A stretch of 63,916 nucleotides of DNA, filler included, from Dimorphilus gyrociliatus (Eukaryota; Animalia; Annelida), in assembly GCA_904063045.1 (NCBI GenBank). It is 4 parts of 4 records of this genome, joined end to end, with 100 filler letters (N's around TTAATTAATTAA, not from the genome) between each part and the next. Parts side by side here need not be neighbours in the genome. Positions count along the whole stretch, not along the records: positions 57,894 to 63,916 come from CAJFCJ010000319.1; 3 more parts are not named here. One strand, written 5' to 3'. The notes under the pieces are model-generated. The model saw nothing but the letters and a program-made list of their open reading frames with translations, ran no database searches and was not told where the DNA came from. Made by a program: the position numbers and the translations under genes. Below, piece by piece: positions 61,296 through 63,916 of this stretch (positions are counted from its first letter, which is position 1; every line of letters starts with the position of its first letter).

Positions 61296-62054
61296 TTATA
61301 TATTTATTAAACCAAAAAACTTAAGAAATTCGGATTTCCCTGCACCAGTGATTGATGAGATATAAAAGCAAGGCATCTCTTTAAAAATATCCTCAAAATA
61401 AAGTGCCATAGAAGACAGTAATGAAGATTCATTGAGGTTATCTGGTATAAACTCCCTGAAACTTTCATGGTTTTCCAGCCATCCTTTAACTAAATTACTT
61501 GAAACTAAATCTTCCTTAGTAAAAACTATATGAGAGGTTAATCCAAACCTTGATGATAAACTCGAAGCATACATCATATTTGAGATAAAAACATGATGTT
61601 TTTGTGACTCTAAGGAGTCTGCTATAAACATTAAATTAATCTTATATTCCTTCATGCTTTTAAGTAAATCAATTAGAATAAGTCCGCCACTCGACCAAAC
61701 AAACGATTCTATTTGACCTGGGGTATCAATAATAACGTAATCACTTTCAATATCTTTCAACATTTCATGGAATTTAAAACAAAAAATATTAATAGCAGTA
61801 ATAATTGCGCCATTAGGACCTAAATTGTATTTTTCAATAACTGTGTTTATATCAAAGTAATCTCTTATATCTAAATTATATGGAAGTTTTTCTTCTATAA
61901 TAGCAGGATCTAGATTGATAAAAAATATTTTTTTATTCAGACCTGTGGAATTGTCTATTTCATGACTAAATTTACTAATCCATGAGTACATTTTCTGACA
62001 AAAAGTAGTTTTTCCACTTCCAGCTAATCCCGTAGTTATGAATATATTTTTCAT
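61296..62054 (-). CDS. GPN1: GPN-loop GTPase 1 (Npa3/XAB1-like), microsporidian type
   Basis: GLAGSGKTT (G1), INLDPA, LGPNGAI (GPN), IIDTPGQIESFVWSSGG, FISNMMYASS, FTKED (G4). The first ATG is at 62054; the track start at 62090 is a TTG. Confidence 0.92.
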   Translation of the reverse strand: MKNIFITTGLAGSGKTTFCQKMYSWISKFSHEIDNSTGLNKKIFFINLDPAIIEEKLPYNLDIRDYFDINTVIEKYNLGPNGAIITAINIFCFKFHEMLKDIESDYVIIDTPGQIESFVWSSGGLILIDLLKSMKEYKINLMFIADSLESQKHHVFISNMMYASSLSSRFGLTSHIVFTKEDLVSSNLVKGWLENHESFREFIPDNLNESSLLSSMALYFEDIFKEMPCFYISSITGAGKSEFLKFFGLINI

Positions 62055-62072
62055 AAATTTAGAAGGGGTGAG
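62052..62072 (-). promoter_or_regulatory. CCC-like and AAATTT-like motifs directly upstream of the GPN1 ATG
   Basis: Minus strand CTCACCCCTTCTAAATTT-ATG. Both motif types are described immediately upstream of microsporidian start codons. Confidence 0.5.
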
Positions 62073-62713
62073 AGTATTTTTGTAAATCAAATTTTTCCTT
62101 TAATGTTAAAATTTCTATGTTAGAAATAAAATAATATTTTTAAAAGAATTATATGATTATATTCTAAGTTAGTATATAATAGAGTTTATAAATAAAACTA
62201 TTTTATTAGTATATAAATATATAATAATACAATTCTTTTAAAACATTATTATTTATTTAGTTAATATATAATAGAATTTATAAAAAAATCATGTTTTATT
62301 AATAATGTAAACCTAGATGAGAATTTGTGAAATTTACTCTTTTCTTTATTATTTTTTATAAATGACTAATATTTCTATTTATGGAAATTAAAATATTTTA
62401 GATTAATAATAATAAATTTATTAATAAAGTTAGAAATAATTGATAATTCAAAAGAATAAAGAATAGATCAAAATTGAAGGTCCAATTATATCGAGTTTAA
62501 AGTAAATTTATTCACTTTTATCATCCCATCAATCGATTTATCTTTATTTATAATATAATTTAATAAAACCTTTTTTGTATTCTTGATATTCCTTTTTTAT
62601 ATCCAAATTCATACTAAATAGTCTTCTAAAGAGTTTTTTTAATTTTTAAAATCAAATTTAATTTTGTATTAATTAATAAATCAATAAATAAATGTTCTTT
62701 AAAATTATGGGCA

Positions 62714-63640
62714 ATGTATACTATTTTTTTAATAAGAATTTTATTGCATTTCTTTTATAGCAATACTCGTATAGTTGACAAAGTTTTAAAGAATATGAGT
62801 AAAGAGCAAAAAAAAGACCTTCTGACTTCCCATAATTTTTTAGATACCGAAATTCTAACATGTTTATGTATTGACTATTTGGATTTAAAAACATACATTC
62901 ATATACCTAAGAAAGAACTCTACCAAGTAATTAGTATAATAAAAAATAATCCTCACATTAATGAAGAATTTAAAGACCATATATTGAAATATGAAAAATT
63001 AACAGCTACAAAAAAAGATCTGGATGAGAAGATTAGATTTAAAAAGTATATTATTAAAAAGAAGGAATTAAATAATGAAACAGCCAAAATAAAAAAGGAA
63101 TTCATATATTCAGATCATTTTAATCTACAAATAGATAATAATAGAGTAATAATTGGATTTAGGAATAATCAAATTACCGATATAAAGAGTTTTGATAAAG
63201 ACATGAATAATTTAGTTTTTTTATCTTCTTCAATTTCTCTTGAGAATAATTCAAAAGATAATCTTAACCAAGAATATAAAACATCTGATAATCAAGCAGA
63301 ATCTCATAAAAATGAAAATTCTAATTTTACTAAATCTAATGATAATGATGTAGACTCAGGTAAAAGTTTAAACGTAAACACTAAAGTTAATCGAGTAAGT
63401 GAATCATCAGGATTTGTAGATGAATTCATAAATTTCGATAACGAAAGTTTTGATTTAGATTTTATTGATAAACCTGTTGATGAAGCTAATACTAAAGAAA
63501 TAGATTCTTTCATATTGGAAGATTCATATTTAAAAATGTACACTACTGACGATTATGAAGGGTTTTGGTGGGATGTTACTGATATTGGACATTATCGTTT
63601 AACTTTCTTTTCAGATGAAGAACAAGAAATAGATGACTGA
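62714..63640 (+). CDS. Hypothetical protein (308 aa, or from MSKEQ), K/N-rich with an acidic C-terminus
   Basis: Long uninterrupted ORF in very AT-rich DNA, divergent from GPN1. No recognisable domain. Confidence 0.65.
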   Translation: MYTIFLIRILLHFFYSNTRIVDKVLKNMSKEQKKDLLTSHNFLDTEILTCLCIDYLDLKTYIHIPKKELYQVISIIKNNPHINEEFKDHILKYEKLTATKKDLDEKIRFKKYIIKKKELNNETAKIKKEFIYSDHFNLQIDNNRVIIGFRNNQITDIKSFDKDMNNLVFLSSSISLENNSKDNLNQEYKTSDNQAESHKNENSNFTKSNDNDVDSGKSLNVNTKVNRVSESSGFVDEFINFDNESFDLDFIDKPVDEANTKEIDSFILEDSYLKMYTTDDYEGFWWDVTDIGHYRLTFFSDEEQEIDD

Positions 63641-63916
63641 TTTTTTTTATTTTATAACTTCTTAATGTTCTATTTTAAGATTAGGAATATTAAAAATAAA
63701 GCTTATTCTAAATGAAATTTATTACAGAGAAATGTATTCTTCCTTTACGGTCAATCTATATAGTTCTATTATTAAAAATCAATTGAAGTAGAAATGTATA
63801 TAAATCTCTCATTTTTACTTTACATTTTATATTAAAGTAATTAATAAATGTGATGATTAAAACTTGTAAATGGAAGAATTTATTTTATATTCTATAAGTA
63901 ATATAAAATAGAGTTA

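Noticed and set aside
57894-63916. Horizontal transfer of microsporidian genes into the host genome
   Set aside because: The segment is separated from host DNA by an artificial spacer. Co-sequencing of a parasite is the simpler explanation.

Overview
This window is not one locus. It is four contigs (1-15546, 15647-45106, 45207-57793, 57894-63916) joined by identical artificial 100-nt spacers (44 N + TTAATTAATTAA + 44 N). Contigs 1-3 are strongly AT-rich invertebrate animal DNA with short (about 50-65 nt) introns and frequent 1-nt indels. Their genes include SEA/MAM, F-type lectin-like, STAND/TPR, C-type lectin, RNI-like LRR, discoidin-like, SRCR/LDLa and GPCR types. A small-genome spiralian such as a dinophilid annelid is my unverified guess for the host. 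Contig 4 is intronless, gene-dense and looks microsporidian (divergent P2B ATPase, GPN1, one orphan ORF). Contig 1 begins with an 8.4-kb fold-back palindrome that is probably a chimera. The main signals are: (i) a decayed Ty3/Gypsy element whose integrase runs in frame into a class III (gB/chuvirus-G-like) fusogen-type env, split by a solo LTR; (ii) an intact type I hammerhead ribozyme with a palindromic stem III, in a probable Penelope-like 3' end with telomere-like repeats; (iii) two small genes whose true frames are missing from the ORF track, a cationic 4-Cys prepropeptide and a GPI-anchored (GGNNGGSN)n protein; (iv) Mutator-type MITEs with verified 9-bp TSDs; (v) a microsporidian P-type ATPase with four altered catalytic motifs. 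All family assignments come from motif recognition by eye, not database searches.
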